A DNA stretch of 64,000 bases from Deltaproteobacteria bacterium TL4 (lineage in GTDB: Bacteria > SAR324 > NAC60-12): NCBI GenBank assembly GCA_051382335.1, contig JBBCAX010000034.1, forward strand, positions 1 through 64,000, written 5' to 3'. Each line of letters begins with the position of its first letter. Position 1 is the first letter of the stretch. The translations under genes and the position numbers were made by a program. Below the pieces are notes generated by a model that was not told the origin of the DNA, ran no database searches, and saw only the letters and a program-made list of their open reading frames with translations. Of the stretch, positions 1-9,881 are shown piece by piece.

Positions 1-161
1 CTAATAGTTCATGGTACTCATTACCTTAGGAACACGGTTTGTTCGCTGTTTGCTGGCTGGTTTCCCGCCAGTGCCGCATGATCGGTTCCATAGCATTGAA
101 AGCCAGTGGCTTTCCTATAGGGGACTTTCACCCCATCAGATCACGCCCATGCTGGGCGTAC
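1..161 (-). mobile_element. 5' end (domain I) of a group IIC intron, running off the window edge
   Basis: Minus strand from 161 reads GTACGCCCAGCATGGGCGTGATCTGATGGGGTGAAAGTCCC, matching the typical IIC 5' end GTGCGCCCRGCATGGG...GGGTGAAAGTCCC. It starts directly after a hairpin-forming attC site. Confidence 0.8.
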
Positions 162-259
162 CCAAGGTGATGAAGCTGACCTTGCGAACAGTTGAGGAGC
201 ACTAAAGGATTTGTGGTTTGCCACGCTCCTCGCCAGGCAGCTTATCACAATGGTTTGCG
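162..259 (+). other. Integron attC recombination site with its R'' box interrupted by the intron
   Basis: C(162), spacer CAAGG, L'' TGATGAAG (168-175, one extra G), L' CTTATCA (241-247), spacer CAATG, R' GTTTGCG (253-259). Inner arms CTGACCT/AGGCAG and GAGGAGC/GCTCCTC also pair. Confidence 0.75.
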
Positions 260-282
260 GTATTCTTTCGATATTCGAATTT

Positions 283-1458
283 TCAACCACTACTGTTTTG
301 CCCTACAGGAAGGATCACCCTGAAAGTGGCTCCTTCGCCTACCCGGTTTTCCAGTTCAATAAGCCCCTGATGATCGTGAACAATTTTTTTGGAGATGGAA
401 AGCCCAAGGCCCGTTCCTTCACCAGGTGGTTTGGTGGTAAAAAATTGTTCAAATATTTTATCTTCCAAATGAGGGGGGATTCCACCACCGGTATCTGAGA
501 CCTCAATACCGACAGCATCCTTGTTGAGAGGGGAGGTTTGCCGCGGAATTTCATAGGAGCGTACCTTGATCTGTGTGTTTTGGTTACCGCTGGTTTCCAC
601 CGCGTTTCTGGCGTTCGTTAAGAGATTCATTAGGACCTGTTCCAATTGTATTGAATTACCGGATACTTCGGGAAGGCTGTCATTGAGTTCCTTTACCAGC
701 TCTACATTGACCTTAAGTTGCAGTGAAACAAACTTGAGTGCTGATTCAATCACGTTGTTGACCTGAACATTTACCTTTTCATCACCAATCGTGGTGCGCC
801 TGCTGAAGACTCGCATATGGTCAATGATTTGCGCCATTTTGTCGACTTGATTGACGACCTGTTTTAAATCCTCTTTCAACTCTTCCTTATCCAAACGATT
901 CTCGCTGATATCTATTAATAAACTTTGACTGAGAATCTTGATAACGTTGAGCGGTTGTTTCATCTCATGCGCCACCCCTGCTGAAAGCTCTCCAATGGCT
1001 GATAATTTTTCGGATTGAATCATCTGTTCCGTTGCGTTTTTAAGTTCTTGTGTTCGTTGCTCTACCCTCCGTTCAAGTTCTTCTTCAGTTGTTTTGATCA
1101 TTAATGCGGATTTAATTCTCGCTTTAAGAATTAATTTGCTGAGCGGTTTGGTTACATAATCAATCGCCCCCATCTCAAAACAGTTGGAAAATACTTGTTC
1201 ATTGGTATCCCCTGTTAACATAATCACTGGAATTTTGTAAAATTCAGGGTGCGTTTTGAGTTGTTTGAGCAAAGTGATGCCGTCAATTCCTGGCATATTG
1301 ATATCCATTAAAATCAAACTGAAGGGTTCTTGTTCCAACATGCGGAACAGCACTTTGGGAGACAGGATGAAGGTTGATGAATACCCAAACTCATCCAGAT
1401 AGATCGTCACTTCCTCTGCGACGCGTTTTTCATCGTCCAGGATAAGAATTTTTGCCAT
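283..1458 (-). CDS. Receiver domain fused to histidine kinase (REC-HisKA-HATPase)
   Basis: N-terminal ILILDDE...LMDINMP receiver; H-box VAHEMKQPL; NLLTNARNA; FFTTKPPGEGTGLGL. Confidence 0.92.
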   Translation of the reverse strand: MAKILILDDEKRVAEEVTIYLDEFGYSSTFILSPKVLFRMLEQEPFSLILMDINMPGIDGITLLKQLKTHPEFYKIPVIMLTGDTNEQVFSNCFEMGAIDYVTKPLSKLILKARIKSALMIKTTEEELERRVEQRTQELKNATEQMIQSEKLSAIGELSAGVAHEMKQPLNVIKILSQSLLIDISENRLDKEELKEDLKQVVNQVDKMAQIIDHMRVFSRRTTIGDEKVNVQVNNVIESALKFVSLQLKVNVELVKELNDSLPEVSGNSIQLEQVLMNLLTNARNAVETSGNQNTQIKVRSYEIPRQTSPLNKDAVGIEVSDTGGGIPPHLEDKIFEQFFTTKPPGEGTGLGLSISKKIVHDHQGLIELENRVGEGATFRVILPVGQNSSG

Positions 1459-3871
1459 AGAGTACCTGCGTGATTAAATCATTAAAAGCGTCTTCATCAT
1501 TTTCTATGGAGGCTTTTTCGATTTGATTAAGAATATGGGGGAAGGGAGACTTAAAATCTTTTAGGCTGTTCCTCATTTTTTTTATTTGCTTGCTCACGCT
1601 TCCTACATCAAAAACAACAATTCTAGAGAGTATTTCAAATTCATTCAAGACTTGTTTTTTAACCTCCTCGGGTAACAATGGAAGTGCTGGCGTTTCTTTC
1701 CTTTGTTCAGGTTGATCCTGACGTAAGTATTTAATGAGAACAGGAAACAGTTTTTGAAACTCAATAGGTTTTGTCAGGTAATCAGAGACGCCTGCGTCAA
1801 AGGCTTTTCGTTTTTGTTCACTGAAGGCATCGGCTGATAAAGCGACAATGGGAGTCTCAACAAATTCTTTATGGGTACGAATTTGTCTGGTAGCGGTTAA
1901 ACCATCAACCTTGGGCATGTGCAGATCCATAAGGATGAGATCCGGCTTCAACTCAAACGCTTTGTTAACGCCTTCCTCCCCATTGAACGCCTGGTGTATT
2001 CCCAGTCCGATCTTCTGAAATAAGACTTGAATCATATCCTGGTTCATCGGATTATCCTCAACCACTAAAATCACATTATCTTTCGTAAAATATAAATCAT
2101 CAGGAAGGACATCCCGTTGTTCAGGAAGTCGTACCGCGGATTCAATGAGCGGAAGTTTAACAGAAAAGGTGGATCCTTTTCCAAGTTCGCTCTCTACCCA
2201 AATTTCGCCATGGAGCAGCTCAACCATTTTTTTAGTGATGGCCAATCCTAGTCCTGTTCCTCCAAATTGACGGGTAATAGTTTCATCCACCTGCTCAAAA
2301 CTCTCAAAAATATGTGCCTGTTTATCTTTTGGAATTCCAATGCCTTCATCGATAACTTGAAATAAAATGAAATTTTCCAGATTTTGAACTTTCAATTGAA
2401 CACGTTTGCCTTCCATTGTGAATTTTAAAGCGTTGCCTACCAGATTCATCAAAATCTGGTTGAGTCGTGTTCGATCGGATTCAATAATTTCAGGAAGCTT
2501 TGCATCAACATCAAAGGTGTAATCGAGTTCTTTTTGAAGGGCTTGGACTTTATTGATATGGAAAATCCCCTGAACCAGGAGTTTAAGATTCAGCGGTTCT
2601 ATCGAAACATCCATTTTCCCCGCCTCGATTTTAGAGAGATCCAGAATATTATTGATTAATTCCGACAGGTTTTGGCCGCTGATCTGAATATTTTCTAAAT
2701 AGCGTCGTACTTCTATGGAAAATTGATATTCCTTGGCATGATTCAGCAAAATCTGGCTGAATCCGACAATCGAATTGAGGGGCGTCCGAATTTCGTGACT
2801 CATGTTGGCTAAAAACTGAGTTTTCGCTTTACTGGCCTCTTCCGCTTGTTTTTGGGCTTGTTTTAATTGAGCTTCGGCTTTTTTACGTTCGGTGATATCC
2901 CTGAAGACAAGAATACCCCCTAATAATTCATCGCCTCTTCGAATAGGAGCCGCACTATCATCAATCGGGATTTCCTGACCATTCTTCGCAATCAATACCG
3001 TATGATTCGCTAACCCGACAATGGTACCTTCTGCTATCACTCGATGTATAGGACTCGTCACTGGATTCCGTGTTTTTTTATTAACAATGTGGAAAATTTC
3101 TTCAATGGAGTGTCCCTGAGCGTTTTGAGAAGTCCATCCCGTAAGTTCTTCCGCAACAGGATTCATAAACACAACACAAGCGTTCATGTCCGTTGTGATA
3201 ATTCCATCCCCAATGCTCGCTAAGGTGGTTTCCAACCAGTCTTTCTGTTGCTGAAGTTGATTATTGGATTTCTGAGCTTGGTAAAAATACGCTTCTTCAC
3301 CAAGCGGGATAAAACGTATGACAATTGTGGCCGCCGGAAATGTGACCAAAAGGAGTACCATTTTGATCATCAAAGAAACTTGGTCAGGCAAAGAAATAAA
3401 AAAAATAGGGAACATAAACTTCAAGAATAAGAGATCGCTGACGAGTAGCAACGAACAAATCAGGATCATGAACAAACCATTTTTCTTGCTAAGACTGATA
3501 AAACATAAGGTTATAAAAGCAAAATAGCCAGCCATTGAGGACTCTCTCACATCCGGAAGAAACAAAAAAGTGCCAAAAACTGTTAAAAGGAAAGTAAATA
3601 AGAAAAAATATAAAGCAATATTTTGATAAGTTTTCTGATAGGATAGAAAATACAAAAAAGAACTTACCAATAGAGGTATCATAAAAAAAGTAATTACCAA
3701 TAACTGAGTATAATGACGGAAGTAATAATAAAAAATAAGAACAGTCGGTACCATTATTAACATGACTATAAACGTAACGATAGCAATATTCGCAGTGATT
3801 TTTATTCGATTTAAACTTAACTCATTTAATTCCTCTAATTTCATCTTTTCCTTAAAATAAGAAACGTACAT
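1430..3871 (-). CDS. Membrane hybrid sensor kinase (multi-TM, PAS, HisKA, HATPase, REC)
   Basis: Hydrophobic N-terminus, PAS (IGDGIITTD...), FLANMSHEIRTPLN, GGTGLGL, VVEDN...LMDLHMP. Confidence 0.93.
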   Translation of the reverse strand: MYVSYFKEKMKLEELNELSLNRIKITANIAIVTFIVMLIMVPTVLIFYYYFRHYTQLLVITFFMIPLLVSSFLYFLSYQKTYQNIALYFFLFTFLLTVFGTFLFLPDVRESSMAGYFAFITLCFISLSKKNGLFMILICSLLLVSDLLFLKFMFPIFFISLPDQVSLMIKMVLLLVTFPAATIVIRFIPLGEEAYFYQAQKSNNQLQQQKDWLETTLASIGDGIITTDMNACVVFMNPVAEELTGWTSQNAQGHSIEEIFHIVNKKTRNPVTSPIHRVIAEGTIVGLANHTVLIAKNGQEIPIDDSAAPIRRGDELLGGILVFRDITERKKAEAQLKQAQKQAEEASKAKTQFLANMSHEIRTPLNSIVGFSQILLNHAKEYQFSIEVRRYLENIQISGQNLSELINNILDLSKIEAGKMDVSIEPLNLKLLVQGIFHINKVQALQKELDYTFDVDAKLPEIIESDRTRLNQILMNLVGNALKFTMEGKRVQLKVQNLENFILFQVIDEGIGIPKDKQAHIFESFEQVDETITRQFGGTGLGLAITKKMVELLHGEIWVESELGKGSTFSVKLPLIESAVRLPEQRDVLPDDLYFTKDNVILVVEDNPMNQDMIQVLFQKIGLGIHQAFNGEEGVNKAFELKPDLILMDLHMPKVDGLTATRQIRTHKEFVETPIVALSADAFSEQKRKAFDAGVSDYLTKPIEFQKLFPVLIKYLRQDQPEQRKETPALPLLPEEVKKQVLNEFEILSRIVVFDVGSVSKQIKKMRNSLKDFKSPFPHILNQIEKASIENDEDAFNDLITQVLYGKNSYPGR

Positions 3872-4114
3872 TGATTCAGTATAGTTCCCAACATTATTTC
3901 AGTTACCTCAAAGCAAATCTTGTAAATGTGCTGTTTACAAGACGTTTCCAGGAGTGAAGCCTGCCTCAAATTTCTTATTGGACTCAACCGGGGTTGTCTT
4001 GATTTTATTCATTAAGGAAGTTCAAAGTGGCCTTAATCTAAGTAATTATCGGAGGTATGGACGAATGTAAAGTGAGATTATTCTAGGGGCCTCTGAACAA
4101 AAGGCTTACGTCTC

Positions 4115-4912
4115 TTATCCGCCTGCGTTTTGAGTCATTTGATAGGACTGATATAAGTGCTTCCATTCTTCCAGTTCCAGGGTTTCCGCTCTTCGATTTT
4201 CCAGTAAGGAATGAAGCTTTATTTCCTGTTGAGAGTACCAGTCAGGATAAAAGCGTTTGATGGTATTGATTAATATTTTTCTTTTTTGCTGAAACAGGTG
4301 CTGCAGCCAATGAATAAAATGCTGTTCTTGAGGGCTTTGAAACCCGGAAGAATGGGACACCAGGTGAATCACTGCGGAATTGACTTTGGGTGGAGGGTTA
4401 AAAGCGGAGGGAGGAACGGTGAAACCCAGAGTACGTTCAAAGCCCAAAGCCATCGCAACTGACAGATATCCATGCTTTTTCCCCGCCTCAGATTCGGCGC
4501 AGATACGTTCCGCAACCTCCTGCTGAACCATGACGGTAATTGACTTGACCGAAGTTCGAAGCGGCAGGATCTTGAGTAAGATCGCTGTTGCCGACTCATA
4601 AGGCAAATTGGCGACTATTTTATAGGGTTCCGGGTAGAGGTGAAGAATTTGCTCCTCAGACAGGTGCATTACATCGCCATGAACCAATTGAAGTGACGGG
4701 TGTGGACAGTGCTCCTGAAGGTAGTCATGAAGACTCTTATCAATCTCGACAGCAGTCACAATCGCTCCTCGCTGAAGTAACTGCCGGGTCAGAATTCCTT
4801 TCCCTGGACCAATTTCCAAAACCTGAGCACCTACGCGAATGTCGGCAAGTTCAAGCATTTTATGAACATAATGTTCACGAATTAAAAAGTTTTGTCCCCA
4901 TTTTTGCTTCAT
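4115..4912 (-). CDS. rsmA: 16S rRNA adenine dimethyltransferase
   Basis: GQNFL, LEIGPGKG, VANLPY, MVQQEVAERI, F.PPPKVNSAV motifs. Confidence 0.93.
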   Translation of the reverse strand: MKQKWGQNFLIREHYVHKMLELADIRVGAQVLEIGPGKGILTRQLLQRGAIVTAVEIDKSLHDYLQEHCPHPSLQLVHGDVMHLSEEQILHLYPEPYKIVANLPYESATAILLKILPLRTSVKSITVMVQQEVAERICAESEAGKKHGYLSVAMALGFERTLGFTVPPSAFNPPPKVNSAVIHLVSHSSGFQSPQEQHFIHWLQHLFQQKRKILINTIKRFYPDWYSQQEIKLHSLLENRRAETLELEEWKHLYQSYQMTQNAGG

Positions 4913-5295
4913 TATTTCCGAAGTTCTCCAGGTTTTTCGTCGGGTCGTGTTATTTCACTGATGCGGATACCATAACGTTCATTCACAACGACGATTTCAC
5001 CTCTCGCGATTAAACGGTCACCAATTAAAACCTCCATGGGCTCTCCAATGATTTTGGGGAAATCGACAACCGATCCGCTTTTCCAATTGATGACATCTCG
5101 AAGTTTGAGTTCTTTACGCGCGATTTCCACTTGTAAATATTGGGGAACATCTTCTACATACTTCAGTGTATGAAACACCTCCTCTTTACGGGAAGGCTTC
5201 GGTTTTTGTTCCTTTTTACCAGTGTCAAGGAGTGCATTTCTCTTCTCTTCCAGGCTTTTTTTATTTTTTTCTTCGGATTCGGCCATAGTCTGCAT
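4912..5295 (-). CDS. fliN: FliN/FliM-family SPOA-domain switch protein
   Basis: C-terminal GEPMEVLIGDRLIARGEIVVVNERYGIRISEI; stop codon overlaps the rsmA start (TAATG). Confidence 0.8.
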   Translation of the reverse strand: MQTMAESEEKNKKSLEEKRNALLDTGKKEQKPKPSRKEEVFHTLKYVEDVPQYLQVEIARKELKLRDVINWKSGSVVDFPKIIGEPMEVLIGDRLIARGEIVVVNERYGIRISEITRPDEKPGELRK

Positions 5296-5567
5296 GTATC
5301 AAGCGTTTTGGAGTTCAGGGAAAGCTACGAGGGTAAAGCGATGTTAAAGTACGTGAACCTTTCACCAGTGTCAATCACATCTTTTTTGTGACCTGATGAA
5401 AGAATTTGAACTTGCTTAATTGAAGAAGAATATAATATTATCCCCACCAGCTAAAAACCTTGCTGGATTACATTTATTATTAATGTCTTGAACATGATGG
5501 CCTTCATTGTGGTAAAATGAAATCTGTCTTTTCAACGGTGAATTAGAAACTTAAATCTTCAAATTGA

Positions 5568-6521
5568 ATGAACATGTCCCAAAAAACAGCACATCATCCA
5601 CTGATTATTCTAGGCTCAGGCCCCTCAGGTTTAACGGCCGCAGTCTATGCGGCACGCGCTAATTTGAAACCCGCTTTAGTTTCAGGCTTCGAGCCTGGAG
5701 GGCAACTTATGATTACCACAGAGGTTGAAAACTATCCAGGCTTTCCTGAAGGCGTACAAGGTCCTGACTTGATGGATTTGTTTCGGAAACAGGCAGAGCG
5801 CTTTAATACCCATTTTTATACGGGAGATGTTTTGCAGTGTGATTTGGCACAAAGACCCTTTACTTTGTCTCTTGAGGCAGAAACCTTGACTTGTGATGCA
5901 TTGATTATCGCCACGGGTGCCTCCGCAAGATGGTTGAATCTGGAATCTGAAGCAACCTATCGAAACCGTGGTGTTTCCGCATGTGCCACGTGTGATGGCT
6001 TTTTCTTCCGCAATCAGGATGTGGCCGTTGTCGGTGGAGGGGATACCGCCTTGGAAGAGGCGTTGTATCTCGCCAATATTTGCAGGTCGGTTCATATCAT
6101 TCATCGTCGAAACGAACTGAGAGCTAGTCAAATCATGCGAAAACGGGCTCTCGAACATAAAAAAATAACCTTTTACTGGGATTCTGTCGTAGAGGAAGTT
6201 CTGGGGAATGACCAACAGGGAATGAACGGTCTCAAAATTCGTAATTTAAAAACCAATGTCCTCACAGAATATCCCTGGACCGGGCTTTTTGTCACCATTG
6301 GCCACGCCCCCAACACCACGTTATTTAAAGGACAGCTGAACTTGAACGAAAATGGTTACATTCAGGTCACCCCTGGCACCACCCGTACTTCGGTGGAAGG
6401 CGTCTTTGCCAGTGGTGATGTTCAAGATCATGTCTACCGCCAAGCCATTACAGCCGCAGGAACAGGGTGCATGGCTGCTATTGATGCTGAACGATGGTTA
6501 GCTCAACAGGGGGTGCAATGA
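5568..6521 (+). CDS. trxB: Thioredoxin reductase
   Basis: [50 protein letters not shown]. Confidence 0.97.
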   Translation: MNMSQKTAHHPLIILGSGPSGLTAAVYAARANLKPALVSGFEPGGQLMITTEVENYPGFPEGVQGPDLMDLFRKQAERFNTHFYTGDVLQCDLAQRPFTLSLEAETLTCDALIIATGASARWLNLESEATYRNRGVSACATCDGFFFRNQDVAVVGGGDTALEEALYLANICRSVHIIHRRNELRASQIMRKRALEHKKITFYWDSVVEEVLGNDQQGMNGLKIRNLKTNVLTEYPWTGLFVTIGHAPNTTLFKGQLNLNENGYIQVTPGTTRTSVEGVFASGDVQDHVYRQAITAAGTGCMAAIDAERWLAQQGVQ

Positions 6522-6970
6522 AAACAGACACACTCTACACCGATCCCGCTACTCTGGACCCTTATTTTAGGAAAAGTCTTATGTCTTTAGAATTTATAAA
6601 GTGGGAGGGCCCTATGTTGCCTATTCTGGGAAGCATTGGCGTCATACTCGTGATCCTTCTGATCGTTGTTTTCTTGAAAAAGAATAAAAAAAGTGAACAA
6701 TCCGAGGTGGGACGTAAACAAGGAACCGTCAAATGGTTCAATCCAACCAAGGGCTTTGGTTTTATTGCTCAAGATAATGGAGAAGATTTGTTTGTTCATC
6801 AGACTGAAATTTCACAATCCGGTTTTCGCTCCCTTAACAAAAGCGATCGTGTGGAGTTCGAGGTTGGAAAAGGACAAAAAGGACCTATCGCCAAAAATGT
6901 ACGGAAAATCGGACATGTGCGGCAGGTCTATCAACGAGAGAAACTTGAGGATGACTCCCCAGCGGAATAA
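6518..6970 (+). CDS. Cold-shock domain protein with N-terminal transmembrane helix
   Basis: Hydrophobic [18 protein letters not shown] followed by KKNKK, then [15 protein letters not shown]...DLFVH. ATG at 6518 overlaps the trxB stop; start uncertain. Confidence 0.85.
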   Translation: MKTDTLYTDPATLDPYFRKSLMSLEFIKWEGPMLPILGSIGVILVILLIVVFLKKNKKSEQSEVGRKQGTVKWFNPTKGFGFIAQDNGEDLFVHQTEISQSGFRSLNKSDRVEFEVGKGQKGPIAKNVRKIGHVRQVYQREKLEDDSPAE

Positions 6971-7030
6971 TTATTAATTGATCTCTGGCATCATGCCCCA
7001 TTCATCATCACCCTCCATTTGGAAGAGTTC

Positions 7031-8248
7031 ATGTCAAAAGAAAAACTTGTATTAGCGTATTCTGGAGGACTCGATACCTCCGTCCTGGTTCACTGGTTAT
7101 CCTCAGAAGGGTACGATGTGATCGCGCTTTGTTTGGATTTAGGACAAAAAGTAGAAGATTTGGACGCAATTCGAGCAAAAGGACTAAAAGCGGGAGCACG
7201 AAAAGTTATCATAGAAAATGTTCAGGAAGAATTTGTCACCGACTATGTGTTTCCTTCAATTCAATGGAATGCTGCCTATGAAGGGACCTATCTTTTGGGA
7301 ACCTCTCTGGCGCGGCCTCTGATTGCCAAAAAACAAATTGAACTGGCTCGGAAAGAGGGCGCAACCACGGTTTCTCACGGTGCAACCGGTAAAGGCAATG
7401 ACCAGGTTCGTTTTGAATTGACGTATTTTGCGTTAAATCCTGACATTAAAGTGGTGGCACCTTGGAAAATTCCAGCGTTTTATAAAAAATATCCCGGCCG
7501 TCAGGAGCTTTTAGACTATGCGCAGGCTCAGGGAATTCCTGTGAAAGCCTCAAAAAAACAACCCTGGAGTTCTGACGAAAATCTCATGCACATCAGTTTT
7601 GAATCAGGGATGCTTGAAGACCCTTGGCAAGCGCCTCTGGAAGAAATGTTTGAACTGTCTCAGTCTCCTCAAAACGCTCCAGACGAATCACAGGAAATTT
7701 TAATTGAGTTTGAAAGCGGGATTCCGATAGGCGTTGATGGCCAAAAAATGACGCCAGCAGCCTTGCTGTCGCATTTGAATGACTTGGGCGGTCGACACGG
7801 TGTAGGAAGAGTGGATATGGTAGAATCGCGTTTTGTTGGAATGAAATCTCGTGGTGTTTATGAAACTCCAGGTGGAACCATTCTACACATTGCACATCGG
7901 GCGATGGAATCCATTACGGCTGATCGGGATGTGATCAATCTTAAGGATAGTTTGATGCCTCGTTTTGCGCGGCTGGTTTATAATGGATTTTGGTTCTCTC
8001 CAGAAATGGAACTTTTACTTTCTATGGGTAAAGCAACCCAGAAACGTGTTTCGGGACATGTCCGCTTGGTGCTGTATAAAGGCAATTGTATGGTAACAGG
8101 TAGAAAATCCCCATACAGCCTTTATGATGCGGATATTGCGACCATGGAAGCCGACGGTGGAAGGTACAACCCTCAAGATGCTGATGGCTTTATTAGACTC
8201 CATGCTCTTCCGTTAAAAGTGCATCATCGGGTCAAATCATCATCATGA
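7031..8248 (+). CDS. argG: Argininosuccinate synthase
   Basis: LAYSGGLDTS, HGATGKGNDQVRFE, KSRGVYETPGGT. Confidence 0.97.
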   Translation: MSKEKLVLAYSGGLDTSVLVHWLSSEGYDVIALCLDLGQKVEDLDAIRAKGLKAGARKVIIENVQEEFVTDYVFPSIQWNAAYEGTYLLGTSLARPLIAKKQIELARKEGATTVSHGATGKGNDQVRFELTYFALNPDIKVVAPWKIPAFYKKYPGRQELLDYAQAQGIPVKASKKQPWSSDENLMHISFESGMLEDPWQAPLEEMFELSQSPQNAPDESQEILIEFESGIPIGVDGQKMTPAALLSHLNDLGGRHGVGRVDMVESRFVGMKSRGVYETPGGTILHIAHRAMESITADRDVINLKDSLMPRFARLVYNGFWFSPEMELLLSMGKATQKRVSGHVRLVLYKGNCMVTGRKSPYSLYDADIATMEADGGRYNPQDADGFIRLHALPLKVHHRVKSSS

Positions 8249-9060
8249 AGCTGAATCTACTCCTTCCGCTGGTTACGTTTACTTTAATGGGAGTCACTCT
8301 TTGGCTGTTGACCCTGGTACAACAGCCTGAGCCTTCTTTGGAAATTCACATGGAAGCTCCCTCCCATGAAGAAAGCTCCTCGACCCCGCCTTCTCTCCTC
8401 CAGGAACAATATCAAAAAGCCCTGAGCCGTTTGTCTGAAAGCTTAAAACAACAGAGTGACTTAAAACAACAGGTTGAGGCCCTTTCAACAACACTTGAAG
8501 CAAAAGGAACTATTCAAAAACAGTTAGATGACTTCTACCTCGGTCGTGCCGTATTGAGCGCGTTCACTCAAAAATTGGGTTCTTATGAAACCTTGCTCGA
8601 GGGAAAAAGTTTCTTTAATTTTTTGCAAGGTTTAGTTCAAAATTATACCCAGCATCGTAGGGTATCTCTTCAGGGCATCCATGTTGAGGATGAGTCTTAT
8701 CCCCTATTAAAGAGAGAGTTGACAGAGTGGATCATCAAGCTTGAAGATCAAAAAGTGGGAGCCTTGGCAAACTTAACCGCCATTGCGCTGGTGGAGCCTT
8801 TATATAATTTACCCTTGACGTTGCTGGCATCAAGTCTTATTACAGACATTGAGGCTATTGATTATGATTCGCCTGTTTTCATTCAAGAGCAATCCTCTTC
8901 CCCTCAACGAGATTCAAAAGGGGAGTTGATTGTATCTCAACCAGCACGGCTGGAGTTCTATTCTCACGCTCAGCAGTTCTTTTATCGCAGAGGTCCTGTG
9001 TTTTCATCAAAGGTAGTCCTCTTCCTGAGGGTCTATTTAACTTTTGAAGCCATTAGGTAA
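8245..9060 (+). CDS. Hypothetical membrane-anchored coiled-coil protein
   Basis: 271-aa ORF overlapping the argG stop (ATGA); N-terminal hydrophobic segment. Confidence 0.65.
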   Translation: MKLNLLLPLVTFTLMGVTLWLLTLVQQPEPSLEIHMEAPSHEESSSTPPSLLQEQYQKALSRLSESLKQQSDLKQQVEALSTTLEAKGTIQKQLDDFYLGRAVLSAFTQKLGSYETLLEGKSFFNFLQGLVQNYTQHRRVSLQGIHVEDESYPLLKRELTEWIIKLEDQKVGALANLTAIALVEPLYNLPLTLLASSLITDIEAIDYDSPVFIQEQSSSPQRDSKGELIVSQPARLEFYSHAQQFFYRRGPVFSSKVVLFLRVYLTFEAIR

Positions 9061-9186
9061 CCTTTGTCGGTGCCGATTGTTTTTGCATCTGTGTTTGATT
9101 GTGGTATAATGCAGATATTGAACTGAGTTTTATAAGTGATGGCTGAGTCCATCAAACATGAATCAACACCAAGAAGGAGATTAAAA

Positions 9187-9861
9187 ATGTTCAACACAAA
9201 TCAAGCTATCGCGGTGGGTGTCCAACCGGTTGAGGTTGCGTCCGTTGGCGAGCGTTTAAACTTTCTCAAAAAAGTCTATAGCTTACTTGCAGCCTCTGTT
9301 GGAACGGCGACTTTGGGCGCGTTTCTGGGGGCAGGACCGTTGTTTCCTGTCGTTGCGCCTCATCTCATCCTTTTCTCTATTTTGGAGTTCGCACTGATTT
9401 TCTTTGCAATGAGCGTCCAGAGGAAACCGGGACTCAATATAGTGGCCTTGTTTAGTTTTACAACAATGACTGGTTTGACCTTAGGTCCTTTATTGCTGCT
9501 TTACGGTCAGAGTACCGTTGTTGAAGCGCTAATGTTGACGACCCTGACCTTTGTGGGACTCACCGCCTATGTGTTTTTTTCAAAGAAAGATTTTAGCTAT
9601 TTAGCAGGCTTTGTGACCACAGGTCTGATCATCGTGATCGTTGGAGGATTGATCAATCTATTCATGCAAAACAGTATGCTGCACTTTGCAATATCTGGCA
9701 TTGGAGTTTTCCTTTTCAGTGCGTTTATCTTATATGATACCTCAAACATTTTGAGACGTTATAGCACTGATGACTATGTGATGGCGACACTGGCCCTTTA
9801 TTTGGATGTGCTGAATCTGTTCATCATGCTTCTTCATCTGCTAGGTATGGGTGATGATTGA
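9187..9861 (+). CDS. Bax inhibitor-1/YccA family membrane protein
   Basis: About 7 TM helices, FILYDTSNI, ATLALYLDVLNLF; AGGAGA RBS upstream of ATG 9187. Confidence 0.9.
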   Translation: MFNTNQAIAVGVQPVEVASVGERLNFLKKVYSLLAASVGTATLGAFLGAGPLFPVVAPHLILFSILEFALIFFAMSVQRKPGLNIVALFSFTTMTGLTLGPLLLLYGQSTVVEALMLTTLTFVGLTAYVFFSKKDFSYLAGFVTTGLIIVIVGGLINLFMQNSMLHFAISGIGVFLFSAFILYDTSNILRRYSTDDYVMATLALYLDVLNLFIMLLHLLGMGDD

Positions 9862-9881
9862 GTTACATTGAATAATGTACC

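Noticed and set aside
11..498. Short plus-strand ORFs 11-205 and 211-498
   Set aside because: They overlap intron RNA, the attC site and the antisense strand of the kinase gene, and have no protein motifs.
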